A stretch of DNA of 63,303 nt, the filler included, from Theionarchaea archaeon (lineage in GTDB: Archaea > Methanobacteriota_B > Thermococci > Methanofastidiosales > SZ-28-30): assembly GCA_018992565.1 (NCBI GenBank). It is 6 parts of 6 records of this genome, joined end to end, with 100 filler letters (N's around TTAATTAATTAA, not from the genome) between each part and the next. Parts side by side here need not be neighbours in the genome. Positions count along the whole stretch, not along the records: positions 43,265 to 53,238 come from JACVGW010000088.1; positions 53,339 to 63,303 come from JACVGW010000089.1; 4 more parts are not named here. The stretch is one strand, 5' to 3'. The notes below the pieces were generated by a model, which made no database searches, was not told the DNA's origin, and saw only the letters and a list, made by a program, of their open reading frames with translations. Position 1 is the first letter of the stretch; every line of letters starts with the position of its first letter. Position numbers and translations under genes: made by a program. This document shows positions 48,062-58,160 of this stretch, in pieces.

Positions 48062-48906
48062 TGCGTGTAGGTATTGTTGGCGGCTATGGAAAAATGGGAC
48101 AGTGGTTCTGCAGGAATCTCTCTGATTGTGATATAGCTATATATGGAAGAGACAGTACAAAGACCCGGCAATGTGCTCAGAAATTGGGGGTGCGCCCCAT
48201 GGAAGATATAAAATCTCTTCTTGATTATGCTGAAATGATCATAGTATCAGTCCCCCTGAGTGAGACTGCTTCCATGCTGGAAAGAATAAAGGACTTCGTT
48301 CCCGCTGGAAAGAAGATCTGTGACATTGCTTCTCTGAAATCAAAGGCTGTTCAAGTATTATCTACCTATCCACAGCACATCGCAGTGTCCAGCGTTCATC
48401 CCCTGTTCGGTCCAGGATCTCCTGGATTCAACCGAAAAAAAGTAATCATCGTTCCTGTAGAGTCAAGGAAGAAGGAATCTGATTTTTTCTGCACATTTTT
48501 CAAAGAACAGGGAGCATCGGTCATGGTTTCTGACGCGGTCAGTCACGACAGGATGATGGCTCTGACTCTTTCACTTCCTCATTTCCTTGGATATCTCTTT
48601 TCTTCAATGATTCTTCATCATCCATCTGAAGCCATACATCAATTCGAAGGGACTTCCTTCAAATATCTGTTCACCTTTTCGAAAGCAGTATTACAGGAAG
48701 ACCCCCTTTTCTATTTTGAGCTTATGCAGAATCCTCAGGTCATTCCAGTGTTGGATAGCCTGATTGACAGAGCTGAAACCCTCAAAGCTCTCATTGCCAC
48801 CGGGGATAGGTCGGCCTTTCTTCAATGTGTCGGAGAGCTCCACAGAAAGCTGACAGAAAAGGACCTTTCCGAGGCCTATGCACTGTTCAACCGTCTGACA
48901 CACTAA
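48061..48906 (+). CDS. tyrA: Prephenate dehydrogenase
   Basis: IVGGYGKMGQW, DIASLK, HPLFGP, HDRMMA..LPH. Confidence 0.92.
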   Translation: MRVGIVGGYGKMGQWFCRNLSDCDIAIYGRDSTKTRQCAQKLGVRPMEDIKSLLDYAEMIIVSVPLSETASMLERIKDFVPAGKKICDIASLKSKAVQVLSTYPQHIAVSSVHPLFGPGSPGFNRKKVIIVPVESRKKESDFFCTFFKEQGASVMVSDAVSHDRMMALTLSLPHFLGYLFSSMILHHPSEAIHQFEGTSFKYLFTFSKAVLQEDPLFYFELMQNPQVIPVLDSLIDRAETLKALIATGDRSAFLQCVGELHRKLTEKDLSEAYALFNRLTH

Positions 48907-49204
48907 CCAAGACTTTCAGCCACACATGGGGCACAGAGGTTCCTGAGAGGAAGAGGGTTCAAATCCCCCAGGCCCTCATCCTCTGGGGTTCAATCCCTTT
49001 TCCTTTTCGTGTGAATTTCAGGGCCAATGTCAGGGCGAGATAAGGTATCCACGAGCTTCGGACTCAACCACATTGTTTCACGGTGGATAATCAGAGATAC
49101 AGCAGTGTAGCTGTTGATAGGATTCAGTGATACAGGTGGTTTCTTGATGGAAAGTTCCTATCGCAGTAGAAAGTTTTATATGGATGAAAGGGGAAAGACT
49201 AGTT

Positions 49205-51361
49205 ATGGAGCTTTCACCAAACGCACGAAAAGTCCTGGAAAGGCGATATCTCAAGAAAGATGAACAGGGAACCCCTGCGGAGACCCCAGAAGAGCTTTTC
49301 AGAAGAGTGGCAGAGGCGGTGGCAGAGGCGGATCTCCTCTATGATGAGAATGCAGATTGTGAAAAAGTCGCTCACGAGTTCTATACTCTCATGACATCCC
49401 TTACTTTTCTGCCCAATTCTCCCACTCTCATGAACGCAGGAAGAAAGCTCCAGCAGCTGTCTGCATGTTTTGTGTTACCTATAGAAGACAGCATGGAGAG
49501 TATCTTCCAGACCGTAAAAGATACCGCCCTCATTCACAAGTCAGGTGGCGGAACAGGGTTTTCCTTCTCTCAGTTGAGACCCAAGGGAGATGTTGTACAT
49601 TCCACTGATGGGAAAGCATCAGGACCTGTCTCATTCATGCGGGTGATCGATACAGCCACTGATGTGGTGGTTCAGGGGGGGAAGAGAAGAGGGGCCAATA
49701 TGGGCATCCTGCGTGTGGATCATCCAGACATTCTGGAATTCATCACCTGCAAAGAGGATGAGGGGGCTTTCAGGAATTTTAACATATCTGTGGCTGCAAC
49801 CAATGAGTTCATGAAAGCTCTGGAGGACAAAGAAGACATCGACCTCATCAACCCCAGAACCAGAGACCCTGTAGAAAAAATCAAGGCAGAGGAAATCTTC
49901 AATGTAATTGTAGAACAGGCATGGAAGAATGGGGAACCAGGGTTGGTTTTTATCGATAAAATAAACGAAACCCAGCCCACACCTCAACTGGGGGAGATTG
50001 AGTCTACAAACCCCTGTGGAGAGCAGCCCTTGCTCCCCTATGAGTCCTGTAACCTGGGATCTATAAATGTGGCAGAGATGGTCATACTGGATGAGAAAAC
50101 AGGTGGACTACAGGTGGATTGGGAGAAGCTGGGGAACATAGTGAGAACAGCTATTCATTTTTTGGATAATGTCATTGACGTGAACAGGGTTCCTCTCAAG
50201 AAGATTGAGCGCATAACCAAAGGCAATAGAAAAGTCGGATTGGGAATCATGGGGTTTGCTGATTTGCTCGTGCAGCTCAAAGTTCCATATGATTCTGAAG
50301 AAGGACTTGAGACTGCAGAGGCAATCATGCAATTCATTCAGGCCCAATCTAAGAAAGCTTCACGGGATCTGGCAGAAAAAAGAGGCTCTTTTCCCAATAT
50401 AGAAAAATCTGTGTATTCTACTCCCATGAGAAATGCTACCACCACCACGGTTGCTCCCACCGGTTCTCTCAGCATCATTGCTGACTGTTCTTCCGGGATA
50501 GAGCCATACTACGCCCTGGCGTATATCAGAAAGGCAGTGGATGAAGACCTCCCAGTGGTGAACTCCTATCTAGAAGAGATTGCCAAAAGAGAAGGATTCT
50601 ATTCTGATGAGATAATGGAGGAAGTCGCAGAAAAAGGTACAGTCCAGGACAATGACAGAGTACCCGGACATGTGCAGAACTTGTTCAAAACCGCCCTTGA
50701 AATTGACTACCCATGGCACGTGAAAATGCAGGCGGCCTTCCAGAAGCACACAGACAATGCGGTCTCCAAGACCATCAACTTGCCCCATTCTGCTACCAGG
50801 GAGGATGTGGAGGGCGCCTTTCTTCTGGCCTACACCCTGGGATGCAAGGGAATCACAGTATACAGAGATAGAAGTAGGCTGGAACAAGTGCTGATGTCAG
50901 GTAAAACCCCCAGAAAACGGCCCCACGTTATGCATGGTACTACCACCAAGTTCAAGATTGGTAACTGCGGGAACCTGTATGTCACAGTGAATGAAGATGA
51001 ACAGGGTGTATGCGAGGTATTCGTCAATATTGGAGGCGAAGGATGTCCTCCCCTCAGTGAAGCTGTTGGGCGGTTGATCAGCCTGGCCCTCAGGTCGGGG
51101 ATCGAAATCGATGCTGTGCTGAAGCAAATTCAGGGTATCAGATGCATAGGCTGTGTTTCTGATGAAGATACTGTGGTGCTTTCCTGTCCTGAAGCCATAT
51201 CGAGAGCAATTGAAGCCCAGTTGAAAGGGTCCGGAACCTTCACCCCCAAGGTTGGACCCATGCCGAAACCAGTAGCCATTTGTCCCCTCTGCAAGAGTGT
51301 CATGCACCAAGAAGAAGGATGCATGGTATGTCCACAATGCGGATATACCCAGTGTGAGTGA
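49205..51361 (+). CDS. nrdJ: Class II (B12-dependent) ribonucleotide reductase with C-terminal TSCPD-like domain
   Basis: PNSPTLMNAG, LSACFV, TNPCGEQ, APTGS, SKTIN, KGITVYRD, SCPEAI and terminal CPLC...CPQC. No intein seen. Confidence 0.95.
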   Translation: MELSPNARKVLERRYLKKDEQGTPAETPEELFRRVAEAVAEADLLYDENADCEKVAHEFYTLMTSLTFLPNSPTLMNAGRKLQQLSACFVLPIEDSMESIFQTVKDTALIHKSGGGTGFSFSQLRPKGDVVHSTDGKASGPVSFMRVIDTATDVVVQGGKRRGANMGILRVDHPDILEFITCKEDEGAFRNFNISVAATNEFMKALEDKEDIDLINPRTRDPVEKIKAEEIFNVIVEQAWKNGEPGLVFIDKINETQPTPQLGEIESTNPCGEQPLLPYESCNLGSINVAEMVILDEKTGGLQVDWEKLGNIVRTAIHFLDNVIDVNRVPLKKIERITKGNRKVGLGIMGFADLLVQLKVPYDSEEGLETAEAIMQFIQAQSKKASRDLAEKRGSFPNIEKSVYSTPMRNATTTTVAPTGSLSIIADCSSGIEPYYALAYIRKAVDEDLPVVNSYLEEIAKREGFYSDEIMEEVAEKGTVQDNDRVPGHVQNLFKTALEIDYPWHVKMQAAFQKHTDNAVSKTINLPHSATREDVEGAFLLAYTLGCKGITVYRDRSRLEQVLMSGKTPRKRPHVMHGTTTKFKIGNCGNLYVTVNEDEQGVCEVFVNIGGEGCPPLSEAVGRLISLALRSGIEIDAVLKQIQGIRCIGCVSDEDTVVLSCPEAISRAIEAQLKGSGTFTPKVGPMPKPVAICPLCKSVMHQEEGCMVCPQCGYTQCE

Positions 51362-51497
51362 GCTTTTGCCTATCTTGAGCTTCATGTAATGGGTTTCTCT
51401 CTCTTTCTTATCAATTTATTTAGATCAGGTGAAATTCTGATGCGAGTGATGGAAACAGTTATAAGTGAGAGCCGACAGAAACCAGCGCATGCATGAA

Positions 51498-52157
51498 ATG
51501 CAAATCTATCTAAAAAAGGCAGATATCTTGACAATTCTCAATATCTCTCTAGGGTTCATTGCGATAGTCTTTTTGATAAACAACAATATTGACATGGCTG
51601 CCCGATTAATCCTGGCTGCCATAGTAGCAGATGGATTTGACGGATATTTTGCTCGAAAATCCAATACTGAATCTGAATTTGGCATGAATTTTGATTCCCT
51701 TTCAGACTGTGTGTCTTTTGGAGTAGCACCTGCACTTCTCATCTATTCATTTGTGGACTACTGGTGGATCATCGCAGTATCAGTGGTATACTTGACTGCG
51801 GGTATCATGAGGCTGGCCCGGTACAATGTCAGTTTCAAAGAAACGGAGGAAGGAACCTTTGTGGGCATGCCTATTCCCATTGGTGCATTACTGCTGGTGT
51901 TCGCTGTAACCGGCCATCTGCCTGAGATTCTTGTGATTGGTGCAGCCCTCTTGGTCTCCTATCTGATGGTGTGTTCCATTACTTTCAAAAAAATTGCATC
52001 AGGGCGATTCCCCGTCCAGAACCTGGCTGTACTTCTGCTGGCGGCTTTTCCTGTGTCCTATTTTGTGCCTGCCGCCCGGATAGCATTTGCTGGCTGCATG
52101 GGTGGGTTATTCATTAAGAAGAGGAGAGAGAATAGCCACCTATCTTCGAGCAAATAA
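51498..52157 (+). CDS. pssA: Archaetidylserine synthase (CDP-alcohol phosphatidyltransferase)
   Basis: DGFDGYFAR...FGMNFDSLSDCVSFGVAP, RLARYN, FVGMPIP. Start approximate. Confidence 0.88.
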   Translation: MQIYLKKADILTILNISLGFIAIVFLINNNIDMAARLILAAIVADGFDGYFARKSNTESEFGMNFDSLSDCVSFGVAPALLIYSFVDYWWIIAVSVVYLTAGIMRLARYNVSFKETEEGTFVGMPIPIGALLLVFAVTGHLPEILVIGAALLVSYLMVCSITFKKIASGRFPVQNLAVLLLAAFPVSYFVPAARIAFAGCMGGLFIKKRRENSHLSSSK

Positions 52158-53234
52158 CTCCGTTTTCACTCCCCTTTCATTCAGGAATTCTCTTGTTTTT
52201 CCTGTTATCACGACGGGTGCTCTCTTCAGGTGCTCAAGAGTCCTGCATCCACATAGAAACATGGCAATTTTCAGTTCTCTTATCAAACGGTTCAGCATCT
52301 CCTCCAGAGCCCCCTCTTTTTCCACAGCCGCCTTCAGTGCAGGCAGAGCAATACCACAGCAATCTGCACCCAGAGCTATAGCCTTGGCAATGTCGATGCC
52401 TGTACGGATTCCTCCGGATGCTATCAAGGTACGAGCTCCAGCGCACTCCACAATGCTGACTGCAGTGGGTATGCCCCAGTTCCAGAACTGGGCTGCAATC
52501 TCCCTGTCTTCTTCTGAATTCCGGTAATATTCAACTGCTGAAAAGGAGGTACCTCCCAGCCCACCTACATCCAACCCATCCAGAAACGACAGTCTCTGTG
52601 CCACTTCTCGGCACATGCCCCCTCCAGTTTCCTTGGCAATTATGGGAATATCCACCTCTTCTTTCAATGATTCTAATGCTTTCACTCCCAGTTCAAAGTT
52701 GTGATCCCCTTCTGGCTGGACAGCTTCCTGCAACGGATTAAGATGAACAGCCAGGACATCTGCCCCTATGGCAGTGACTGCATGCCGGGCCTCACTACCA
52801 GAATATCCCAGAATGAACTGAGGAAGCCCCAGGTTGCCAATAAGCAGAATGTCAGGAGCACTCTCTCTCACCATGTATGAAGAGGAGAGTGAGGGATCTT
52901 CTATCATGGCCCGCTGACTGCCCACCCCCATGCCCAGTTCCAGTCGCTGGCATGCCGCTGCTATGGCATGGTTGAGGCTTTTCGATTTCGGCGTTCCTCC
53001 AGTCATTCCCTCCACCAGTAGAGGAGCACCCAACTTCCTGTTAAAGAGAGTGACTTCTGTAGAAATACGAGAAAAATCTATCTCCGGCACTGATCTGTGG
53101 ATCAAGAAAATATCATCAAACCCGGGTCCAATCTGAGATTCGACATGTTGCTGAAGACAAATGTTGATGTGATCCTCTTTTCTCTTCTCAGTTACCGATG
53201 AGTCATCCGCCCGGTAAGAACCACGCTGTTCCAT
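52140..53234 (-). CDS. fni: Type 2 isopentenyl-diphosphate delta-isomerase
   Basis: RKEDHI, GMTGG, MGVGSQR, HLNPLQE..QPEGD, KETGGG, GGTS, ASGGIR. The frame is open to the contig edge, so the start is uncertain. Confidence 0.94.
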   Translation of the reverse strand: MEQRGSYRADDSSVTEKRKEDHINICLQQHVESQIGPGFDDIFLIHRSVPEIDFSRISTEVTLFNRKLGAPLLVEGMTGGTPKSKSLNHAIAAACQRLELGMGVGSQRAMIEDPSLSSSYMVRESAPDILLIGNLGLPQFILGYSGSEARHAVTAIGADVLAVHLNPLQEAVQPEGDHNFELGVKALESLKEEVDIPIIAKETGGGMCREVAQRLSFLDGLDVGGLGGTSFSAVEYYRNSEEDREIAAQFWNWGIPTAVSIVECAGARTLIASGGIRTGIDIAKAIALGADCCGIALPALKAAVEKEGALEEMLNRLIRELKIAMFLCGCRTLEHLKRAPVVITGKTREFLNERGVKTELFARR

Positions 53235-53378
53235 GAAGNNNNNNNNNNNNNNNNNNNNNNNNNNNNNNNNNNNNNNNNNNNNTTAATTAATTAANNNNNN
53301 NNNNNNNNNNNNNNNNNNNNNNNNNNNNNNNNNNNNNNAACCTTCAACCTTTTTAAACACGCGGAAAGACACGTATTC

Positions 53379-54368
53379 ATGATTATTAAGAAAGAGCACG
53401 GTGCAGGCGGGGAAGAGATGGATAAGTTCCTTCACACCACTGTTCTCAAGAACCTCCTTCACAAGAAATACAAGACAGGACTGGGCCTTGACGAACTTGA
53501 TGACGCAGGTACCCTTCCCTTTAATGGTACCACTCTCGTTTTTACCACAGATGCACACACTGTGGATCCCACGTTCTTTCCAGGCGGCGACATTGGGAAA
53601 CTCGCAGTCTGCGGGACTATAAATGATCTTGCAGTCATGGGAGCCACTCCTCTGGCACTATCAAATGCCATGGTTCTTCCAGAAGGGATTGAGGTGTCTC
53701 ATATTGACAGAATTCTCCAGTCAATGGATGCAATATGTGAAGAGGCCGGAGTCTCCATTATCTGTGGGGATACGAAAGTCGCAGGAGACTTTGTCATCGT
53801 CACCACTGCAGGTATTGGTGTAGCAGAAAAAGTCATCTCTGATGCTGGTGTCAAAGTAGGAGATGCAATAATTGTTTCAGGTACCATAGGAGATCACGGA
53901 ATAGCTATCATGTCTCACAGGGAAGGAATCAGTTTTGAAACAGCTTTACAGTCGGACGTAGCTCCTTTGAATGGTATGATCTCCAAGATTCTCTGCTATG
54001 ATATTCATGCTATGAAAGACCCCACCAGAGGGGGACTGGCCAAGACTCTCAATGAATTCAGTGAGAAGTCAGGGGTGGGTATGCAGATCAATGAGGAGAC
54101 AATCCCGGTACGACGTGAAGTTAGAGCAGCTTCTGAAATGCTGGGGTTGAATTACTATGAGATTGCCTGTGAGGGGAAAGCGGTCATTGCCTGTGCCCCA
54201 CAGGATGCAGAAGAGGTTGTCAAGGCACTGAGAAGTCATGCATACGGGAGAAATGCTTCCATCATTGGTGAGGTCATGAAAGGGGATAAGGTGTTATTAA
54301 AGACTCGCGTGGGAGGAAGGCGAGTTCTGGAAAAGCCTGTGGCAGACCCTGTTCCCAGAGTATGTTGA
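53379..54368 (+). CDS. hypE: Hydrogenase maturation carbamoyl dehydratase
   Basis: HGAGG, FFPGGDIGKLAVCGTINDL, GDTKV, DPTRGG, C-terminal PRVC. Confidence 0.96.
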   Translation: MIIKKEHGAGGEEMDKFLHTTVLKNLLHKKYKTGLGLDELDDAGTLPFNGTTLVFTTDAHTVDPTFFPGGDIGKLAVCGTINDLAVMGATPLALSNAMVLPEGIEVSHIDRILQSMDAICEEAGVSIICGDTKVAGDFVIVTTAGIGVAEKVISDAGVKVGDAIIVSGTIGDHGIAIMSHREGISFETALQSDVAPLNGMISKILCYDIHAMKDPTRGGLAKTLNEFSEKSGVGMQINEETIPVRREVRAASEMLGLNYYEIACEGKAVIACAPQDAEEVVKALRSHAYGRNASIIGEVMKGDKVLLKTRVGGRRVLEKPVADPVPRVC

Positions 54369-54420
54369 TTACCAGGTCAAAATCTACACATCTGCCAGGG
54401 TTGTGTCTTGAACTGATGGT

Positions 54421-55473
54421 CTAATCCCGCCTCCGGGCCACAGTATACATGTGAATCTTCTTTATCCTGGCCAGGTTCAGCACCTTGGTGAAATCATCAA
54501 ACCCAATCTCTTCCATGGTGATCCATCCATCATCAGAAGCTTCCCTCACTATCTCATCACCAATGTTGCTCCGGGTTATCACAGTAGTATACCCGGGAGG
54601 TGATCCCACTCCCCCGAAAGACAGATCAGAGCTTTCGGCTGTCAGATCAGTACAGAAATAGCATGACGACGAGCGATAATCATCCAGCTCACGGACCCTG
54701 AATTTTGTCATTGAATTATCATAGTACACGTGCAAATACCCTGCTTTGATCTCCATCTTCGCTATCTTCTCCAGATCAACGCCCTTGGTTTCAATGAAAT
54801 GTCTTAGTCCTTCATACGTGAAACTGTCCATGCAGAACAGCCCGAATCGCAAAATGTTGACCTTTATCATCAGATTGAACAGCCGGGAAGGTGATTTCTG
54901 CATTTTATAGACTGCATCAATATTACAGGGAGTCCCTACAAACCCAATGGAATGATGTCCTTCTTCTACTGCTTCAACCAGGGCGGGCATGGTTAGACTG
55001 TGGCAGTAGATGGAACCTGAGGACTTCCGTATTTCAGGTATCTTGGTGACAAAGGTGGGATGTGGTTTCCAGTGCTCTTTCTCATCCTTCTGGGTGACCA
55101 CAGCAGCATCAATCAAATTCTCTTTCATGCAGTAGCACAGTAATGAGGTGACAACACCCCCATCCTGTCCCTTAATTGTACTGTACTTGCTTTTACAGGT
55201 GTATGCAGCTATGTAATTCCCCACCAGCCCCTCTTCCGTTATAATAGTCCGTGGGCACTGGGCATAGCACACTCCACACCTTTCACACGATCCCTCCAGG
55301 ACAGGTACTCCATCTGTGATAACAATCTTCTCACAGAAAGCAGCACATGCTCCACACTGGGTACATACCCCTGTATCAATGATATCCTCTTTCAGCTGAG
55401 AGAAGTTAAAAGCCATCCTTTCCTTCAATTTCTTTTCAATATGCCTGAATCCCAGTTTCATTTCCTGTGCCAT
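54421..55473 (-). CDS. Coenzyme F420 hydrogenase/dehydrogenase beta-subunit (FrhB/FdhB) family protein with ferredoxin domain
   Basis: CTQCGACAAFC, CERCGVCYAQCP, GQDGGVVT, VGTPC, GLFCM, CYFCTD, GGVGSPPG. Confidence 0.88.
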   Translation of the reverse strand: MAQEMKLGFRHIEKKLKERMAFNFSQLKEDIIDTGVCTQCGACAAFCEKIVITDGVPVLEGSCERCGVCYAQCPRTIITEEGLVGNYIAAYTCKSKYSTIKGQDGGVVTSLLCYCMKENLIDAAVVTQKDEKEHWKPHPTFVTKIPEIRKSSGSIYCHSLTMPALVEAVEEGHHSIGFVGTPCNIDAVYKMQKSPSRLFNLMIKVNILRFGLFCMDSFTYEGLRHFIETKGVDLEKIAKMEIKAGYLHVYYDNSMTKFRVRELDDYRSSSCYFCTDLTAESSDLSFGGVGSPPGYTTVITRSNIGDEIVREASDDGWITMEEIGFDDFTKVLNLARIKKIHMYTVARRRD

Positions 55474-55474
55474 G

Positions 55475-55714
55475 TCAGATCACAATGCCATTCTGTATTA
55501 TATTGGTCTTGGTTTCTTTGACCCCTGGAATTGTCCTCACTTTCAATGTCATAAACTCAAAAAGTGCCTTTTCATTTTCCAATTCCACAATCAGAGCTAA
55601 ATTAAACCTGCTCAGTAATTCATAGATGGCCAGAACATACTCCATTTCAGTCAACCTTTCCTTCACAGATTCTGTATTTTCTGCTCGGATTTCAACTAAA
55701 GCCAGGACTGACAC
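55475..55714 (-). CDS. Standalone Lrp/AsnC ligand-binding (RAM) domain protein
   Basis: Beta-alpha-beta pattern ending VRTIPGVKETKT. Confidence 0.75.
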   Translation of the reverse strand: MSVLALVEIRAENTESVKERLTEMEYVLAIYELLSRFNLALIVELENEKALFEFMTLKVRTIPGVKETKTNIIQNGIVI

Positions 55715-55723
55715 ATTTCTCCC

Positions 55724-55990
55724 TCACTTTCTAATGAGCGTGGTCTTGGTATCCACTACTCCCTTTAACTTCCTCACATTTTCAACAACAAATTCAGTTA
55801 ATTCCCTGGAATCTTCAACGCTGAGCAATGCAATAATGTCATAGTCACCCAAGGACTTGTAGACTGCAGCAACGTGTGGATAGGCCTCCAGTTCTTTGAT
55901 AACGGCAGGTTCAGTTCCCGGTTCAACCTTTATCCCGAGAATTTCGTGTACATCTTCAAAACACTTTGCCACAAAACTCAATCTGGTCAC
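55724..55990 (-). CDS. Standalone Lrp/AsnC ligand-binding (RAM) domain protein
   Basis: KVEPG...GDYDIIA...VRKLKGVVDTKT. Confidence 0.8.
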   Translation of the reverse strand: MTRLSFVAKCFEDVHEILGIKVEPGTEPAVIKELEAYPHVAAVYKSLGDYDIIALLSVEDSRELTEFVVENVRKLKGVVDTKTTLIRK

Positions 55991-56310
55991 CTCACCTTCA
56001 CTATTACCTTATCGTATATAAAACTTTCTGTCTGCAGATAAAAGGGAGTTTGCGTGAGTAAATAGCAGTATTTACATATGTAATTTGTTCATAAATGTAT
56101 GCAATGTAGGAAAAATGAGAGAAAAAAGGAACACTTAAACGGAGAGTGACCACATGGTGTCTGTATATAGAGAGTTTTGAGAGTAGGGGCAAAAAATTTT
56201 TGCACTATGTGAAATACTCTGGAATACTTCTGACGATAACACCCGGTGCTTTTGACTGAAAAGGGAAGCACGTCACTCAATCGTATGAATGAGATGACTT
56301 TTCGACGCTG

Positions 56311-57264
56311 TTATCTCGTTCTCACATAGAGGACCAGGCTTTCAATTCCACATAAAACAGCCAATACAAAGGTCAGAACCTGGTAGATATCTCGTCTTGA
56401 TCTCTCTTTCTCCAGTTCTTTCTCCAGTGTGGAGATTGTCTGCTTCTCCTCTTGATATTCCTGTACAGCAGTGAGCAGCTGGCGTGCGTTGTACTCAATC
56501 ATGTCAGCGAGAGTATCTGTTTCAGGAACAGCATGGGGGAAATTGGTGAGGATGACGTGGTATGCCCCGATCTCTGATGCAATTCGAGATCCAATGTCAG
56601 TTCCACTCTGCAAGTTGTCAATGACCAATATGGCACCTGCTTTTTCACCTGTCTCAATCAGTTGGTTCACGTCCTTCACAGATAATGTTTCTGGAGGAGA
56701 GTACGTACCAGCAATTGAAAACCCCATCCACTCTACAATATATTGCTGCCATTCCATACACAATACAGACACATTTCCCGTATCCAGAGATTCAGCCTCT
56801 TCTTTTATTGAGTCAGCCAGGGTTTCCAGCTCAGATACTGCTCTCTGTGCATTCTCTGTGTAGTAGGATGCATTGTCAGGATCTATCTGTGTCAAAGCAT
56901 CTCTAATCATCACTATTTTCTGTGAGGCCATCTCTGGAGTGTTCCAGGGACCTGTCACTTTGACTGTTTGGAGCGATTCACTACCTGCAGCCTCCACCAG
57001 TCCTTCCAGCCATGGCTCGACTCCATGGTACAAGACCAAGGAAGCCTGTTCGACTTCAGAAACATGAGAGGGTCGTACATCAAAGTGAGAAGGGCACACC
57101 CCAGGCTGCACAAGGGAGACAACGTCTAATCTATCGCCACCCACTGTTTCAACCAAAGCTTGGAGGGCTGTTGTGGTACAAACCACGGTAGGGTTCTCTT
57201 TAGCTGCAACGAGGTTTCCCGCCACGAGGGCACTGATGAGAACAATTACACCTATTTTGTTCAT
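56311..57264 (-). CDS. Metal ABC transporter substrate-binding protein (ZnuA/TroA-like) with C-terminal membrane anchor
   Basis: Signal peptide, VVCTT..L..LVETVGGD, PGVCPSHFD, DPDNASYYTENA, C-terminal coiled coil and TM helix. Confidence 0.85.
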   Translation of the reverse strand: MNKIGVIVLISALVAGNLVAAKENPTVVCTTTALQALVETVGGDRLDVVSLVQPGVCPSHFDVRPSHVSEVEQASLVLYHGVEPWLEGLVEAAGSESLQTVKVTGPWNTPEMASQKIVMIRDALTQIDPDNASYYTENAQRAVSELETLADSIKEEAESLDTGNVSVLCMEWQQYIVEWMGFSIAGTYSPPETLSVKDVNQLIETGEKAGAILVIDNLQSGTDIGSRIASEIGAYHVILTNFPHAVPETDTLADMIEYNARQLLTAVQEYQEEKQTISTLEKELEKERSRRDIYQVLTFVLAVLCGIESLVLYVRTR

Positions 57265-57489
57265 GGTTCCACCTTGGTAACACGATTTTCTGATTTGTGC
57301 TACCAACAGGAGCTTATATAGTTATGGGTTAGACTGTCCTGGAGCTGGATTCATCAATTCTTGGAGGCCTCCCCCAGAACCCTGTGCCTGAACCATGAAA
57401 CAGCAAAGAGGACACTGCTCATAGTACATCAGTAATGGGAGCAACAGGTAACTGATAAAGATTGATAAGGGCTGCTATCATCAAAGAGT

Positions 57490-58068
57490 ATGCACTATGG
57501 AATTGAGGTTGTCCCTTTTGGGGAGTTTGGAGATCCCNNNNNNNNNNNNNNNNNNNNNNNNNNNNNNNNNNNNNNNNNNNNNNNNNNNNNNNNNNNNNNN
57601 NNNNNNNNNNNNNNNNNNNNNNNNNNNNNNNNNNNNNTGCTTGTCAAGGTGTGGTCAGGGAACCCTGTAACGTATGAGGGAAACCACTACACTGTCAAAG
57701 GCATGACTGCTGTTTCCACACCGATACAGACCACGATTCCCGTGTGGATTGGGGGTGAAAGCAGGGCTGCGCTGCGCAGAGCAGCTCACTGGGATGGCTG
57801 GATCATAGGAACCATCAATGAGAAGTGCGAGATCATAAGGTCGCCAGAAAAGCTCAGAGAAGAGATTTCGCATATTCAAGAATATCGCGCTCGCGATGCT
57901 ACATTTGATGTGGCCATTGATGGGATATCCAGGCCCGGCAATAAAGATATTGAACTCGTGCACCAGTATGAGGAGGCGGGTGCCACATGGTGGTTCGAGG
58001 GGATCTTCGGGCTGCGGGGAAGCAAGGAAGAGATGCTAGATCGCATCATCGCTGGACCACCCACGTGA
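57490..58068 (+). CDS. Luciferase-like (LLM) flavin/F420-dependent oxidoreductase, interrupted by scaffold gap 57538-57637
   Basis: VTYEGNHY, PVWIGGESRAALRRAAHWDGW, EAGATWW. Confidence 0.8.
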   Translation: MHYGIEVVPFGEFGDPXXXXXXXXXXXXXXXXXXXXXXXXXXXXXXXXXXLVKVWSGNPVTYEGNHYTVKGMTAVSTPIQTTIPVWIGGESRAALRRAAHWDGWIIGTINEKCEIIRSPEKLREEISHIQEYRARDATFDVAIDGISRPGNKDIELVHQYEEAGATWWFEGIFGLRGSKEEMLDRIIAGPPT

Positions 58069-58160
58069 TCCATAGAATGACGTGTTCAAAAAGATTCAGG
58101 CGCAGGGTGTCAACACGAAACCCCCTGACTTGAAGTTTTCCTGGTAGAAGGAGATGGGGA

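Noticed and set aside
48928..49006. tRNA-like T-loop motifs GGGTTCAAATCCC and GGGGTTCAATCCC after tyrA
   Set aside because: No acceptor, D or anticodon arms can be built. More likely a terminator-region hairpin followed by T-runs, or a degenerate remnant.
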